DNA of 64,000 nt from Bacteroidota bacterium (GTDB lineage Bacteria > Bacteroidota > Bacteroidia > Bacteroidales > GCA-2748055). The stretch lies in NCBI GenBank assembly GCA_051746185.1, contig JBNJEV010000001.1, forward strand, positions 88,201 through 152,200, read 5' to 3'. Position numbers and translations under genes: made by a program. Under the pieces are notes generated by a model, which worked only from the letters and a program-made list of their open reading frames with translations, did not search any database and was not told the origin of the DNA. Of the stretch, positions 46,207 to 57,245 are shown piece by piece (position 1 is the first letter of the stretch; every line of letters starts with the position of its first letter).

Positions 46207-47515
46207 CCTTTTTACATATCTGCTGGAGCTGAACATGGCCATGGTGATCTTTTTTGCCGGGTACAAGCTTTTCTTTGAAAGAGACAGGAATTTCCTGGTG
46301 CGCAGAATCTATCTGCTTGCCACCATCATCATCCCGGTGTTGATGATCCTATTGCCCGACATCCCACGAAGCATTACCGGCAGAATGATCCCGATGGTTA
46401 TCCACCTGGATCAGATCACGGTGACGGCACACGGTCAGGCACACGGTGCCGGTGGTTTGCTTTCACCCTGGTCCTGGCTGATGATCCTTTATCTGTCGGT
46501 GGCCGCACTGTGCATGACCCGGATGATAATCCATCTGATCAGAATCAGACGGGCGGTAAAACACTCAGCGCGACTGGAGCTTGACGGGATAACGCTGTAT
46601 GCAAACCCCGGCCTGCATGCCAGTTCATTTTTCGGGTATATTTTCGTGGATCCTGCCCGGATCGGACAGGAATCCTTCAGCCATATACTGGGACATGAAC
46701 AGATCCACAGGCGTGAATGGCACTCGGTGGACCGGATCCTGACAGAATTGTTCGTGATCGTTAACTGGTTCAATCCCGTAGCCTGGTTGCTCCGGAGCTC
46801 GGTGATCGAGAACCTGGAGTACCATACCGACTCGGTGATGGTGAAACAGGGGACCGACCCACGGCATTATCAGTTGTCCATATTAAACCAATATATAGGA
46901 AGCGCTTCCATTACCAATCAATTCAACAGTCAAATCAAAAACCGAATCAACATGTTAAACAGAAATGATAGAATGGGAAGCTCATGGAAACTTGCCATGA
47001 TCTTCCCGATCGTACTGATCACATTCATTCTTGCTTCCTGTACAGAAAAGGATGTGAATTCTGAACTTGAAAACGAAACTGTGAAAAAATCCACCATTAC
47101 CGAGAGTAAAATCTACCAGCAGGTGGATGAAATGCCCACATTTCAGGGTGGCGAACTTATCGAATTCAGGAAATTCATAGCAAAGAATATCATCTATCCC
47201 CGTGAAGCCAAGGAAAACAATGTGACCGGAAAGATCTTTGTGGTCTTTGTGGTCCGGGATGATGGAAAAGTAGTCATCCCCGATCCAGAAGAACTTCCAC
47301 CACCTCCGGAAAAAAATAATATTGATGAAGTGGTGGTGGCAGCTTACAGGCCCCTGGATAAGGAAGCCCCCATGCCGGATGAAAAATACATAGAACTTCT
47401 GAAAAATGAAGCGGTAAGGGTGGTCACCTCCTCTCCCAACTGGGAACCAGGAAAAATAAAGGGTAAACCGGTGAATGTGATGTTCACTTTCCCCATCAAT
47501 TTTGTCCTCCAATAA
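46199..47515 (+). CDS. Second BlaR1/M56-TonB family sensor (paralog of 44863-46089)
   Basis: 438 aa with the same architecture: GHEQIHRREWH and the C-terminal NVTGKIFVVF...PGKIKGKPVNVMFTFPINF. Confidence 0.8.
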   Translation: MNNLFTYLLELNMAMVIFFAGYKLFFERDRNFLVRRIYLLATIIIPVLMILLPDIPRSITGRMIPMVIHLDQITVTAHGQAHGAGGLLSPWSWLMILYLSVAALCMTRMIIHLIRIRRAVKHSARLELDGITLYANPGLHASSFFGYIFVDPARIGQESFSHILGHEQIHRREWHSVDRILTELFVIVNWFNPVAWLLRSSVIENLEYHTDSVMVKQGTDPRHYQLSILNQYIGSASITNQFNSQIKNRINMLNRNDRMGSSWKLAMIFPIVLITFILASCTEKDVNSELENETVKKSTITESKIYQQVDEMPTFQGGELIEFRKFIAKNIIYPREAKENNVTGKIFVVFVVRDDGKVVIPDPEELPPPPEKNNIDEVVVAAYRPLDKEAPMPDEKYIELLKNEAVRVVTSSPNWEPGKIKGKPVNVMFTFPINFVLQ

Positions 47516-47564
47516 TTATCATCATCGGTGGCCGCCGGAAATCCGGTGGCCACCTACCAACACG

Positions 47565-48881
47565 ATGCATATCCATAATGCTGCGCACCTGACACTGTTG
47601 ATCTTGCTGATTACCGGAACATTGGCAGCAGCCCAGGAGCCGCTTGAATTCCGGGAACCTCTTCAAGATCATTACCATACGGGCGATTATCTGACGGTGA
47701 TCCGGCAGACTTCCGGAGCCATCGCGCAGGGGGATACCTCTTTCAACACCCTGAACCTGAAGGCCCTGTCTGAGATCCGGCTGGGGAGGACCGACAGTGC
47801 CATTCTGACCCTGCAAAGAATGCAGGAAATTTTTCCTGAGAACGAAACCGTCCGAAGGTTGCTTGCCGGACAGCTGTTTGAAGCCGGAGCATTCCATCGC
47901 GCTGAGGATTACTATCAGACCTTTGCCCGCGCCGACAGCGGGGATCTGGAAGCATGGCTCAGGCTGGCCCGGATCGCATCGCACAGGCAGCAATATGACA
48001 GAACCATCGGTTTGCTTCATCATGTGCTGTCCGTTGATCCGGCCAATTTCAGCAGCCTTGTCCTGCTGGGGGAGATCCTGACCAGGAGGAACGATACAGC
48101 GGCCATTGGTATATATGAGAGGGCATATACTCTCTATCCCGCCAATCAGCAGGTAGCCTATTCCCTGGGCAACTGGTATATCCAGGCGGGGAGCCCCGCG
48201 GATGCGGTTCCTCTCTGCGAACAAGTCCTGGAAACCGATTCAACCAACATCAGGTTCCTGAAATTACTCGGGTTTGCAGCCTACCGGATGGACCAGCCCT
48301 CCCGGGCGGCCGGGTTTTTCCGGAGAGCTATTGAACAGGGGGATTCCACCGCCTTCACCTTCAAGTTTGCAGGCATCGCACACCATCTGATGGCATCATT
48401 CCCTCAAGCCATCAACCTGCTGACCGTTGCGGCACAACTGGACAGCACGGATGCGGAAGTGCATTTTTTCCTGGGTGCAAGCCTGGCCGGCACTACAAAA
48501 AAACAGGAAGCCATGTTACACCTGGACAAATCCCTGGAACTCATACAGCCCGATCCGGCAGTGATTGCCAGGATCTACTCGGAACAAGGGAACATCATGC
48601 GCCTGGAAATGGAATATGAAAAGGCATATGCCCTTTACCGGAATGCCTGGGAGGCGGACACCACGAATCCCATGGCCCTCTATTACATGGCTTCCATTTT
48701 GGACAACAGCCTGCACCGGTCCGGGGAAGCCCTGGCCGATTACCGGTTATTCCTGGAGAAGCTTGACCGGATGTCCGGAAAACGGTACAACCAAAACAGC
48801 CAGCTTCCCACCATCCGTGAGATCGTGGAAGACCGCATTGAATTGCTGAACGAAGAGCTGTTTTTCCTGGATCAGCACTAA
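47565..48881 (+). CDS. Tetratricopeptide-repeat protein with signal peptide
   Basis: Probable start MHIHNAAHLTLLILLITGTLAAAQ. Multiple TPR-like A/Y/L helical repeats. Confidence 0.65.
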   Translation: MHIHNAAHLTLLILLITGTLAAAQEPLEFREPLQDHYHTGDYLTVIRQTSGAIAQGDTSFNTLNLKALSEIRLGRTDSAILTLQRMQEIFPENETVRRLLAGQLFEAGAFHRAEDYYQTFARADSGDLEAWLRLARIASHRQQYDRTIGLLHHVLSVDPANFSSLVLLGEILTRRNDTAAIGIYERAYTLYPANQQVAYSLGNWYIQAGSPADAVPLCEQVLETDSTNIRFLKLLGFAAYRMDQPSRAAGFFRRAIEQGDSTAFTFKFAGIAHHLMASFPQAINLLTVAAQLDSTDAEVHFFLGASLAGTTKKQEAMLHLDKSLELIQPDPAVIARIYSEQGNIMRLEMEYEKAYALYRNAWEADTTNPMALYYMASILDNSLHRSGEALADYRLFLEKLDRMSGKRYNQNSQLPTIREIVEDRIELLNEELFFLDQH

Positions 48882-49011
48882 CGGGTCCCGCTCCTCCCGA
48901 ATCCCGGTGAATAGTTTATCCCGCATGGGATGTTCCTGTCCCGAATTCACAGACTGTTTTTGTAAAACCCGCTTTATTCATCACATTTGCAGCAACCAAA
49001 AGCTGCTGAAT

Positions 49012-49488
49012 ATGCAAGTGCCCATTGTCCAGCTGATCCAGGGAATGCTGGCCCCCGGACTGATGATCTCCGCCTGCGGATTGCTTCTGCTGGGAATGAA
49101 CAACAAATACAGCCTGGTGGTCAACCGCATCAGGCTGTTGAACGAGGAGAAAAGAAACCTCTTCCATCAGGAGGGAATGGATGAATCCGACAGCAACAGA
49201 CTAAACAATATTGAATTGCAGATCAGCCATCTGATAGGACGTATTTCCCTGGTGCGCAATGCAGTGTTCAGTTATTCCATGGCGGTAGCCCTGTTTATCG
49301 TAAGCTCGGTGCTGATCGGGATCACCATCAATATCCGTACTCCCGGTTTTGACTGGCTGATCGTTTCCTTTTTTTACGCCGGGATGCTCGCGGTTTTTGT
49401 GGGGATCATCTTTGCTGCCATCGAAGTATGGAAAGGATACAGGATCGTCAAGATCGAGATCTCAGAGGTATTCAAAAATTTGGATTGA
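49012..49488 (+). CDS. DUF2721-like membrane protein
   Basis: MQVPIVQLIQGMLAPGLMISACGLLLLGMNNKYSLVVNRIRLL matches my memory of DUF2721 N-termini. 3 TM segments. Confidence 0.55.
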   Translation: MQVPIVQLIQGMLAPGLMISACGLLLLGMNNKYSLVVNRIRLLNEEKRNLFHQEGMDESDSNRLNNIELQISHLIGRISLVRNAVFSYSMAVALFIVSSVLIGITINIRTPGFDWLIVSFFYAGMLAVFVGIIFAAIEVWKGYRIVKIEISEVFKNLD

Positions 49489-49491
49489 GGG

Positions 49492-52074
49492 CTACCGGAC
49501 CATCATCTGCCTGACCATCATCTGGTCTCCCACCCGGACCCTGAGCAGGTAAAGGCCCTGCTGCCATCCTTTCACCGGCAGGGAAATGTCATGCTCTGCA
49601 GGATTGAGTACCGGATGCCATTCTGTATGGATCTTCCTGCCGGAAATGTCAAATACTTCCACTTCCAGGCTGCTTTCCCTGTTCAGCATGAATCGAAGGT
49701 GGGCCTCCTCTGAGACCGGGTTGGGGAACAGGATGAGATAATCAACCCTCTGTTGTTCTGTCCCCGGCAAAGTCCCGGTACCTTTATAGACCGATCCTTC
49801 CAGCTCCCTGCCACCGGGACGGGCACCCCCCGATTTGTCGGCAAGATAGGAGGCCACCCAGTCCGGTCTTTCAGGAAAAGGTTCCAGCCCTTCCCAAAAA
49901 TACTTTTCCCAGTCCTGGTCGGTGAGGCGTTCGAAATCGAGGGTTTCTTTCGTATGAAAAGAGGAGACAGGTCCCGCGAAAGCTATGATGCTTCCGGGAT
50001 TACACGGATTCGGAGCCAGAAATACGCCCATATTGATCAGACCGTTGCCCACATGAAGGACCTTTCCTATGACAGCTCCTTCATAGGTAGTGGGCTGGGT
50101 ATGTACATCGGCCACAGTGAAATCAGGATTGAGTCCTTTCTGCAGGTCGAAGAAGAGGTCGGCATACCAGCCGCTGATCGAGGGTCCCGATGCCATGTAG
50201 GAATTGATCATGGTCTTCAGGAAAGTCACTTCCGTCTCAGAGAGCCTTTGCCGGTCCAGCTCTTTCTCCGAGATGACCCTCAGCTGATCCATGATCAATG
50301 CATACCTCTCATAATAGCTGATGATTTTGCTTTTCAGGGAGAGCTGCTCATCCGGGAGAACCTCGCTGAAGAAACCGGATGCTTTCTGCGCGAAAAGCTT
50401 TAACCTTTTATAGAGTTCAGGACAGGGTTCCACATAGGTGTAAGGATAGGAGCAACCCGTTCCCCCGGTATAGGACTGCTTGCCGTAGAGGATGTTGTCA
50501 TGCCTCAGCTGGGCCCAGGAAGTCAGCTGAGTATTCAGCTTCTCATGATGCCAGGCGGTGGTCTGCATGAAATAGGGCAGGTGATCGGCGGAGGATGGGG
50601 GATTGAGACTGCGAAGGGCCCCGAGCCAGGTATTGTAGAGTGATTGTTCCCAGAATTCGTTGTCATAACTTTCGATCAGGTATTTCAACCCTGCCATGTT
50701 CCCGGCATACCGATAGCTCTCCAGTTCTTCTTCCAGCAAGGCCAGAGCATCCTCGCTGCCCAGTGCCGCCATTGCATCCAGAGGATCCGGCATGGGCCTC
50801 CAGATCTTTTCCCCGTTGTAAACGATCCTGTCGAAGACCACCTCTGAAAAAATATAGGAATCGATCAGGAATTTCTGCCCCAGTACCTTATAGGATACCG
50901 GCAGCTTCCCGGGATCGCTGGTAAACGGATCCACCAGCAGAAAATGGGACATGATCTTCTGTCCATAATCATCCGATGCATTCAGCTGTTCCTTGAAAAG
51001 GGTGAAAGTTTCCGGATCAAACAGATCCGAAGGACCCGACAGCATGCTTTCACTGAGCGAATTCAACTCTCCCGGGGTCAGATTATCATCCGGACCCACC
51101 AGGAAAGAAATAATCTCCTCATGCCTGACCAGGTTGTCCATTTTCCCGCAACCGTAAAGCACCTCATTGAGCACCAGCGCGTCCAGCTGCATCCTTCTCA
51201 GCTCATCATCGGTCCAGTCAGGTTCCCAGGGATTCCCGGGAGGAGCGGTGAGCAGAAAATCGATCCTGCCCAGCCACATCATGGCCCTGAAATAATTCTC
51301 CAGGGTGATCCTTCCGCCCGGGGTATATATTTCCCTGTTATAATGCCCCCTGGGAGTGAACTGGCTGAAATCGATCCTGCGGATACGGTCTGAGGTAAAC
51401 AATGTCATAAACGCCAGCTCTTCTGCTTCTGCAGCAGCCATGACCCGGTCATATTTTTCCCGTGTGCCGTACTGTGGAATATACTCATCCTCCCCGGCCA
51501 GGGACAGTGCGACCGAAATGTACAGGTCTACATCTTTCAGGACCTCCGCATACCGCTGGTCACCGGAATATTTCGCGACCACCCGGGGAAAATGGGAATA
51601 CATGGCATGGAGCAATTCCTGCAAATTGGGTTCCAGGAACTGCCATTCAAGGGTCTGCAGGATCGCATCGTAAGAGTTATGCAGCGTACTGAGGATGAAA
51701 TCGGAGCTGAGGAACAGGGGCACATCACTGCTGTAAAGGTTAATGAAGGCGCCCGCCCAGTCCATGGAAGCAAGCCGTTCGGAGACCATGAAGAAATTCT
51801 GCTCCAGCAACCTTTTCTCCTCTGCGGTGAACTGAAAATGATCATTCAGTGTATCATACCAGGGGATTGCGGAGAGGTCGGCCGGGAATTGCCGGCTGGC
51901 ATAATAAACGGTTTTTGGCGGATAATCATTCAGAAGCGCCCCTGCCGGATAATCCTGATGCGCTTCCAGAAACTGCATGTATTCTTCCGAAGAAAAAGTA
52001 CTTTGTCCGTTCATCCGGCCCCCTGATGCAATAAAAAGGGAAAACAGAATGATACATGGACAGATGGTTTTCAT
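49492..52074 (-). CDS. DUF3160-like secreted protein with T9SS C-terminal sorting domain
   Basis: 860 aa, signal peptide, FTPRGHY motif. The C-terminus LILFPNPVSEEAHLRF...VEVFDISGRKI...GLYLLRVRVGDQ is a T9SS C-terminal domain. Confidence 0.65.
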   Translation of the reverse strand: MKTICPCIILFSLFIASGGRMNGQSTFSSEEYMQFLEAHQDYPAGALLNDYPPKTVYYASRQFPADLSAIPWYDTLNDHFQFTAEEKRLLEQNFFMVSERLASMDWAGAFINLYSSDVPLFLSSDFILSTLHNSYDAILQTLEWQFLEPNLQELLHAMYSHFPRVVAKYSGDQRYAEVLKDVDLYISVALSLAGEDEYIPQYGTREKYDRVMAAAEAEELAFMTLFTSDRIRRIDFSQFTPRGHYNREIYTPGGRITLENYFRAMMWLGRIDFLLTAPPGNPWEPDWTDDELRRMQLDALVLNEVLYGCGKMDNLVRHEEIISFLVGPDDNLTPGELNSLSESMLSGPSDLFDPETFTLFKEQLNASDDYGQKIMSHFLLVDPFTSDPGKLPVSYKVLGQKFLIDSYIFSEVVFDRIVYNGEKIWRPMPDPLDAMAALGSEDALALLEEELESYRYAGNMAGLKYLIESYDNEFWEQSLYNTWLGALRSLNPPSSADHLPYFMQTTAWHHEKLNTQLTSWAQLRHDNILYGKQSYTGGTGCSYPYTYVEPCPELYKRLKLFAQKASGFFSEVLPDEQLSLKSKIISYYERYALIMDQLRVISEKELDRQRLSETEVTFLKTMINSYMASGPSISGWYADLFFDLQKGLNPDFTVADVHTQPTTYEGAVIGKVLHVGNGLINMGVFLAPNPCNPGSIIAFAGPVSSFHTKETLDFERLTDQDWEKYFWEGLEPFPERPDWVASYLADKSGGARPGGRELEGSVYKGTGTLPGTEQQRVDYLILFPNPVSEEAHLRFMLNRESSLEVEVFDISGRKIHTEWHPVLNPAEHDISLPVKGWQQGLYLLRVRVGDQMMVRQMMVR

Positions 52075-52172
52075 GATGTGAGCTATTTAAGTAGCAAGTT
52101 ATCTATATATGTATTGATTATCAACAAATAGATGCGAATGCCAGGAAAATGGTTGCGTGAAATGGCCATTTC

Positions 52173-52586
52173 ATGAATTGCCTGAATTTTAGTAATATTG
52201 ATTCCGTGAAGCATCTGCACAAATATTACAGGATCAAGGGATCTCCCTCAGAAATCTATGCTGCCCTCACCAATCCCTTTTCCATTGCCCTGTGGACAGG
52301 ATATGATGCAGTGATGAAGGAGGAACCCGACACAGAATTTTCACTTTTCGACGGAGACATTACGGGCAGGAACCTGGCCTTTGAAAGGGATCACAAGATC
52401 GTTCAGGAATGGTATTTCGGGGAACAGGAGGATCAATCCATCGTCACCATCACCCTGAAACCCGACAGGTATTTTACCAGGATCGAACTCCAGCACACCA
52501 ACATACCTGATGAAGCATACGAGGACATTCAGTATGGCTGGGACCATTACTATTTCGGGGGATTGAAAGAGTTTTTCGAAAAATAA
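52173..52586 (+). CDS. SRPBCC/AHSA1 (START-like) domain protein
   Basis: 137 aa. The pattern SPSEIYAALTNP ... WTG ... EFSLFDGDITG ... QEWYF ... L.HTNIP fits. Confidence 0.7.
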   Translation: MNCLNFSNIDSVKHLHKYYRIKGSPSEIYAALTNPFSIALWTGYDAVMKEEPDTEFSLFDGDITGRNLAFERDHKIVQEWYFGEQEDQSIVTITLKPDRYFTRIELQHTNIPDEAYEDIQYGWDHYYFGGLKEFFEK

Positions 52587-52658
52587 GATCCTGTTCCGCT
52601 GCTGTAACTTTTACCGCCCCCGCCCGTCCTACAGGTGAATCAAACAAAATCAAAAGTC

Positions 52659-53699
52659 ATGAAAAGAGCTATTGCAATCCTGATAGCCGGTTTGCTGATC
52701 GTCCCGCTTTTTGCCCAGGAGGTTGAACCGGCTGAAGAGCCTGAAGCACGAGCCGAGGCCCCTGTTCTGCCGGATACAGAAAAGCCCCCGGAAGTTGAAG
52801 TGGAAGAGGAAACGATAAAAGAGCCCGACACTGTGAAGATCACCAAAAAAATGGAGGTGGTGGAAGCCCCCGAGGGAACAAAGGTCACTCTGGGAGAAAA
52901 TGAAGTGCTGATCATCGAGGAAAACGGAGACACGATCCGGGTAAAACTTGGTTCCAAAGGCATCAGTATCGTGGAAGGTGAGGATGGGACGGCCATCAAT
53001 ATCATCGAGATGGAAGAAGAGGAAAACGATGAGAAGGGAACCGTTTCCACCAGGAAAAGGAGCAAAAAGTTCAAGCCTCATTTTGCAGGGTTCGAAATAG
53101 GCCTGAACAATTACCTGACTCCCGATTTCAGCATAAAACTTCCACAAGATCAGCGTTTTATGGATCTGAATACCGGAAGATCCTGGAATTTCAACCTGAA
53201 TATCCTGGAATACGGGATCGGTCTGGGAACCGACAAGGCGGGTGTCGTGACCGGACTGGGTTTTGAATGGACCAATTACATGTTTGACAACCAGAACAGC
53301 ATCCGGAAGGATGAGAACGGTGCGATTGCGGAGTACGTTCCCGAACAAGCGGGAAACATCATCAAGTCCAAATTCAACATGACCTACATTACCGCACCCC
53401 TTCTTCTGGAATTCCAGATCCCGGCGGGAAAAAAGAGGATCCATCTTTCGGGTGGACTGATCGGAGGGGTGAAGATCGCCTCCAACACCAAGATCAAGTA
53501 TGAAATCAGCGGAGAGAAATCCAAGGAGAAGGCCAAAGGGGATTATAACCTGGCACCCCTGCGGTACGGGGTGACTGCCCGCCTGGGGTACCGTGCCATC
53601 AATTTATATGCAAATTATTATCTGACACCGCTTTTCAGTGAAAACGACGGACCCGAACTTTATCCGTTCAGCATAGGGCTCTGCCTGATCCCATTCTGA
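52659..53699 (+). CDS. Outer-membrane beta-barrel (porin-family) protein with acidic N-terminal region
   Basis: Signal peptide MKRAIAILIAGLLIVPLFAQ, an E/P/V-rich low-complexity segment, then barrel strands ending ...YPFSIGLCLIPF. Confidence 0.65.
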   Translation: MKRAIAILIAGLLIVPLFAQEVEPAEEPEARAEAPVLPDTEKPPEVEVEEETIKEPDTVKITKKMEVVEAPEGTKVTLGENEVLIIEENGDTIRVKLGSKGISIVEGEDGTAINIIEMEEEENDEKGTVSTRKRSKKFKPHFAGFEIGLNNYLTPDFSIKLPQDQRFMDLNTGRSWNFNLNILEYGIGLGTDKAGVVTGLGFEWTNYMFDNQNSIRKDENGAIAEYVPEQAGNIIKSKFNMTYITAPLLLEFQIPAGKKRIHLSGGLIGGVKIASNTKIKYEISGEKSKEKAKGDYNLAPLRYGVTARLGYRAINLYANYYLTPLFSENDGPELYPFSIGLCLIPF

Positions 53700-53723
53700 C
53701 AAATGTAGTCCCGCTACCGTCAG

Positions 53724-53762
53724 GAGGCCGTCTCATATGTTACCTGAGGCGGCCTCTTTTTA
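53724..53762 (+). terminator. Rho-independent terminator
   Basis: 12-bp stem GAGGCCGTCTCA / TGAGGCGGCCTC (one G-U pair), 9-nt loop, then TTTTTAT. Confidence 0.7.
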
Positions 53763-53831
53763 TGGTAACGTTAAAGCCAGTGGCGTTCCGCTAAAATATT
53801 AACTTTGTGGGGACATTAAAAACCTTGTGAA

Positions 53832-54539
53832 ATGAGATTATTGCTGATCAGTAATTCGACCAATCCGGGTGAACCGTACCTTGATTATCCCAAAACCCAT
53901 ATCCGGGACTTTCTCGGTGAAATCCCTCAGCACTGCTTGTTCATTCCCTATGCCGGGGTTACCATCAGCTTCGACGATTATGAAGCACGGGTAAAAGAGC
54001 GTTTTTCTGAAGTGGGACATACCGTATCCTCCATCCATCATTCTCCGGATCCGGTGAAATCTGTCCGGGAGGCCGCCGTCATTGTGGTGGGCGGAGGAAA
54101 CACATTCCAGCTGATCAAGCTGGTCCGGGAATACGGGCTCCTCGGTCCCATCAGGGAAAAAGTGCTGGCAGGCACCCCCTACCTGGGTTGGAGTGCCGGC
54201 AGCAATCTTGCCTGTCCCACCATCCGGACCACCAATGACATGCCCATCGTCGAACCGGATGGTTTTCAGGCCCTGAACCTGGTCCCTTTCCAGATCAATC
54301 CCCACTACACGGATCTGCATCCCGAAGGTCATGGCGGAGAAACCAGGGAGGACCGGATCATGGAGTACCTTGTTGCCAATCCGGGAGATACCGTCCTCGG
54401 GCTCAGGGAAGGATGTATATTCAAGGTGGAAGGAGAGCAGATGAAACTGATCGGAGAGCGCAGCGTCAGGGTGTTCCGTTTCAATGAAGACCCGCAGGAG
54501 ATGGACAATAAATCTGATTTCAGTCAGTTTCTCACTTAA
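53832..54539 (+). CDS. pepE: Dipeptidase E (peptidase S51)
   Basis: MRLLLISNSTNPG, GGGNTFQLIKL and GWSAGSNLACPTIRTTNDMPIVEP closely follow E. coli PepE motifs. Confidence 0.88.
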   Translation: MRLLLISNSTNPGEPYLDYPKTHIRDFLGEIPQHCLFIPYAGVTISFDDYEARVKERFSEVGHTVSSIHHSPDPVKSVREAAVIVVGGGNTFQLIKLVREYGLLGPIREKVLAGTPYLGWSAGSNLACPTIRTTNDMPIVEPDGFQALNLVPFQINPHYTDLHPEGHGGETREDRIMEYLVANPGDTVLGLREGCIFKVEGEQMKLIGERSVRVFRFNEDPQEMDNKSDFSQFLT

Positions 54540-54543
54540 TACT

Positions 54544-57219
54544 ATGGTGCGGTCGATCAGGATCATATTTGAGTATGTGCTCGGCATTGTGCTGATCACC
54601 CTGCTTCTCTTCTCCATTACCAGCGTTGTTGTTGTCAAATTCTATGGAGAGGACCTGCAGTCGCAGGTGATCCGCGAGATCAACGACAGACTGGACACCA
54701 AGTTCCAGGTAGACGAGGTTGCAGTCAGGGTTTTCCGGAAGTTTCCCAATATTTCCATCGAGCTCAGTGACATGACCGTGTGGTCAAGTCATCATTTCAA
54801 TCCAAGGGAATTTGACGGCCCCGGCCCCGATACCCTGCTCTTCGCAGAAACGGTCAGTTTGAGCTTTAATCCCATCAGCCTGATCCGGAAAACCTACAAT
54901 ATTAAACAGCTTGAGATCAAGAACGGAGTACTCCATCTCTATACGGATCCTTCCGGGAAAGCCAATTACAGATTACGGTCCCCTTCTGCGGAGAAGAAGG
55001 CATCCGGGCAACGGATCGATATCGGACAGCTGAAGGCAAGTAATTTCAGCATCGCTATAAATAACCAGACCAAACAGCTTGTCTCTTCAGGTTTTCTGGA
55101 AGAGCTTCAACTCAATGGGAGACTCTCAAAGGGGAACACACAGATCAAAGGCGAACTGAAAGGTATGCTGGATGTGGTCTCAAACAAAGGGATCGTTTAT
55201 GCCACGGAAAGAGAGGTCAGTGCCAAAATCAACCTGGAAGTGAGCGACTCGTTGTATATCCTCAATGCGGGTCAGCTGCAGATTGACCGGATCGTTGCCG
55301 ACACCGATGGCAGATTCACCGTGAATCCCGGTGGCGGGGTCAGTATGGATCTCTATGCAGCCGCAAGGGATTTGAGCATTCACGAAGTGCTGGACCTGTT
55401 GCCTGCCAGGTTGAGCAATCCCCTGAGCGGATTACGGGGAAACGGCATTATTCAGCTGTATACCAGGGTGACCGGAATTGCCAGTTCCACACTCACTCCC
55501 CGGATCGAAGCAAACTTTCAGACCTCCAATGCCAATCTGCGGTGGGAGCGGGTCCCGTTTCCGGTGAGAAATCTGAACCTGACCGGGAGCTATTCCAACG
55601 GGGACCAGGCAAATCCGGTGACGACTTCCCTCCGGATTGAGAACATCAGTGCGGTCATTGGTGATGATCATATTTCCGGAAAGGGAAATATCAGAAATTT
55701 TTATGAGCCTGATTTTTCATTCGAACTGAAAGGGGACCTTCATCCCCGTCAATGGATCAAATGGTACGGGACAATTCCCCTGCAGCAGGCCGATGGCATT
55801 ATTTACAGCGACCTCAGGGTGAAAGGGTCATACGACCGGCTGAAACCACGGGGAGACAGATTTATTACTTTCGATATGGCCGGGGATATCCGTCTGGAAG
55901 ATCTGATGGTCCGGTTCCCAAATCATCCCACTCCTTTTTCGAATGTGAATGGTTCGGTCCGGATCGAAAATGATTTCTGGGAACCTTCATTCTCAGGAAG
56001 TATTGGCAGAAGCGATTTTACCATGAACGGTACAGGGCTGAACCTGATCTCCTTTTTGATCAACAGGGAAGAGGAGCTGATAGCCTCGGTTACCTTCCGT
56101 TCCGAGCGGCTTGACCTCCAGGAGATCCTTGATCTTTTTCCGGGATCTTCCTCCCGGAAGGACGAACCTGTTCAGTTTCCCGGAAACCTGAACCTGCGGC
56201 TTGGTTTTGTCATCAACGAATTTTCGAAAGGAAGACTGCAGGCGTTCAATGTCCGGGGGACTGCCATCTATCATGCACCTTTTTTGCGCATAGATTCACT
56301 GGAGATGCAAACCATGGGAGGAAAACTGGGAGGCAGGTTCGGAATGATCCAGGACCATGAGGGGATCATTCACACCAACGTCACGGCCAGCCTGAATCAG
56401 CTGGACATCCATGAACTTTTTCTCGCATTCAATGATTTCGGGCAATCGCATATTACCCATGAACATCTGAAAGGGAACATTTCCGGTACTTCTGCTTTTT
56501 CGGCAAAATTTACGGATGATTTTTCCATCCGGACAGAAACCATTCTCAGCGAAAATGATCTGACCATCCGGAATGGGGAACTGAACGGGTTTACCCCCGT
56601 CATGGCCCTTTCCAGGTTCATAGAAGTGGAGGAACTCCGGAATATCAGGTTTGAAACCCTGGAAAATAACATCATCATTAAAGACAACAGCGTGGTGATC
56701 CCGGCGATGGCTATCCATTCCAATGCATTGAACCTCTCTGCTTCAGGATCCCACGGTTTCGATAAAAATTATGATTACAGGCTGAAGCTGCTGCTATCGG
56801 AACTTCTGTATAACAAGGCAAAAAAATCGGGAAATGCCGAATTCATTATTGCAGCAGATGCATCGGATACCCGTACCCTCTTTTTGAAAATCTATGACAG
56901 GGGTTCCGGTGCGACCGTTGAACTGGACCGGGAGAGGACTGCTGAAAAAATCCGGAGCGATCTGAAGGCAGAGAAAACGGAGCTTAAAGCGATCCTGAAC
57001 CAGGAGCTGGGGCTGTTTAGAAATGATGCGGAAGTGAAAGAAACGGAGGGTCAGCAGGACGGAAAACAGGAGCTTTTCAGGTTTGAATTTTCCGAGCAGC
57101 AGGAGGATTCAACCCGGGCTGAGGGCACCACCGGGAATAAGGAACGCTGGTGGAAAAGGAAGAACAGAACGGATACCGCTGAGAATAACCCGGCAGGAAG
57201 ATTCGTTATTGATGAATGA
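54544..57219 (+). CDS. AsmA-family / large envelope-assembly protein
   Basis: About 891 aa from MVRSIRII. One N-terminal TM segment, then a long beta-rich repetitive region with an AsmA-like N-terminal pattern and a basic tail. Confidence 0.55.
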   Translation: MVRSIRIIFEYVLGIVLITLLLFSITSVVVVKFYGEDLQSQVIREINDRLDTKFQVDEVAVRVFRKFPNISIELSDMTVWSSHHFNPREFDGPGPDTLLFAETVSLSFNPISLIRKTYNIKQLEIKNGVLHLYTDPSGKANYRLRSPSAEKKASGQRIDIGQLKASNFSIAINNQTKQLVSSGFLEELQLNGRLSKGNTQIKGELKGMLDVVSNKGIVYATEREVSAKINLEVSDSLYILNAGQLQIDRIVADTDGRFTVNPGGGVSMDLYAAARDLSIHEVLDLLPARLSNPLSGLRGNGIIQLYTRVTGIASSTLTPRIEANFQTSNANLRWERVPFPVRNLNLTGSYSNGDQANPVTTSLRIENISAVIGDDHISGKGNIRNFYEPDFSFELKGDLHPRQWIKWYGTIPLQQADGIIYSDLRVKGSYDRLKPRGDRFITFDMAGDIRLEDLMVRFPNHPTPFSNVNGSVRIENDFWEPSFSGSIGRSDFTMNGTGLNLISFLINREEELIASVTFRSERLDLQEILDLFPGSSSRKDEPVQFPGNLNLRLGFVINEFSKGRLQAFNVRGTAIYHAPFLRIDSLEMQTMGGKLGGRFGMIQDHEGIIHTNVTASLNQLDIHELFLAFNDFGQSHITHEHLKGNISGTSAFSAKFTDDFSIRTETILSENDLTIRNGELNGFTPVMALSRFIEVEELRNIRFETLENNIIIKDNSVVIPAMAIHSNALNLSASGSHGFDKNYDYRLKLLLSELLYNKAKKSGNAEFIIAADASDTRTLFLKIYDRGSGATVELDRERTAEKIRSDLKAEKTELKAILNQELGLFRNDAEVKETEGQQDGKQELFRFEFSEQQEDSTRAEGTTGNKERWWKRKNRTDTAENNPAGRFVIDE

Positions 57220-57245
57220 GACCATATCCCTAATACTTTTTAACC

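Noticed and set aside
47516-47560. GC-rich hairpin CCGCCGG-AAAT-CCGGTGG after the second blaR gene, considered as a terminator
   Set aside because: It has no downstream T-tract, and the next gene (TPR) probably starts at 47565. It could be attenuating, but this is not supportable from sequence alone.
46982-48224. Minus-strand ORFs of 176 aa and 242 aa
   Set aside because: They are antisense to the second blaR paralog and the TPR gene, and have no motifs. The same reasoning applies to 49753-50403(+), 52650-53444(-), 53838-54638(-) and 57240-57797(-).
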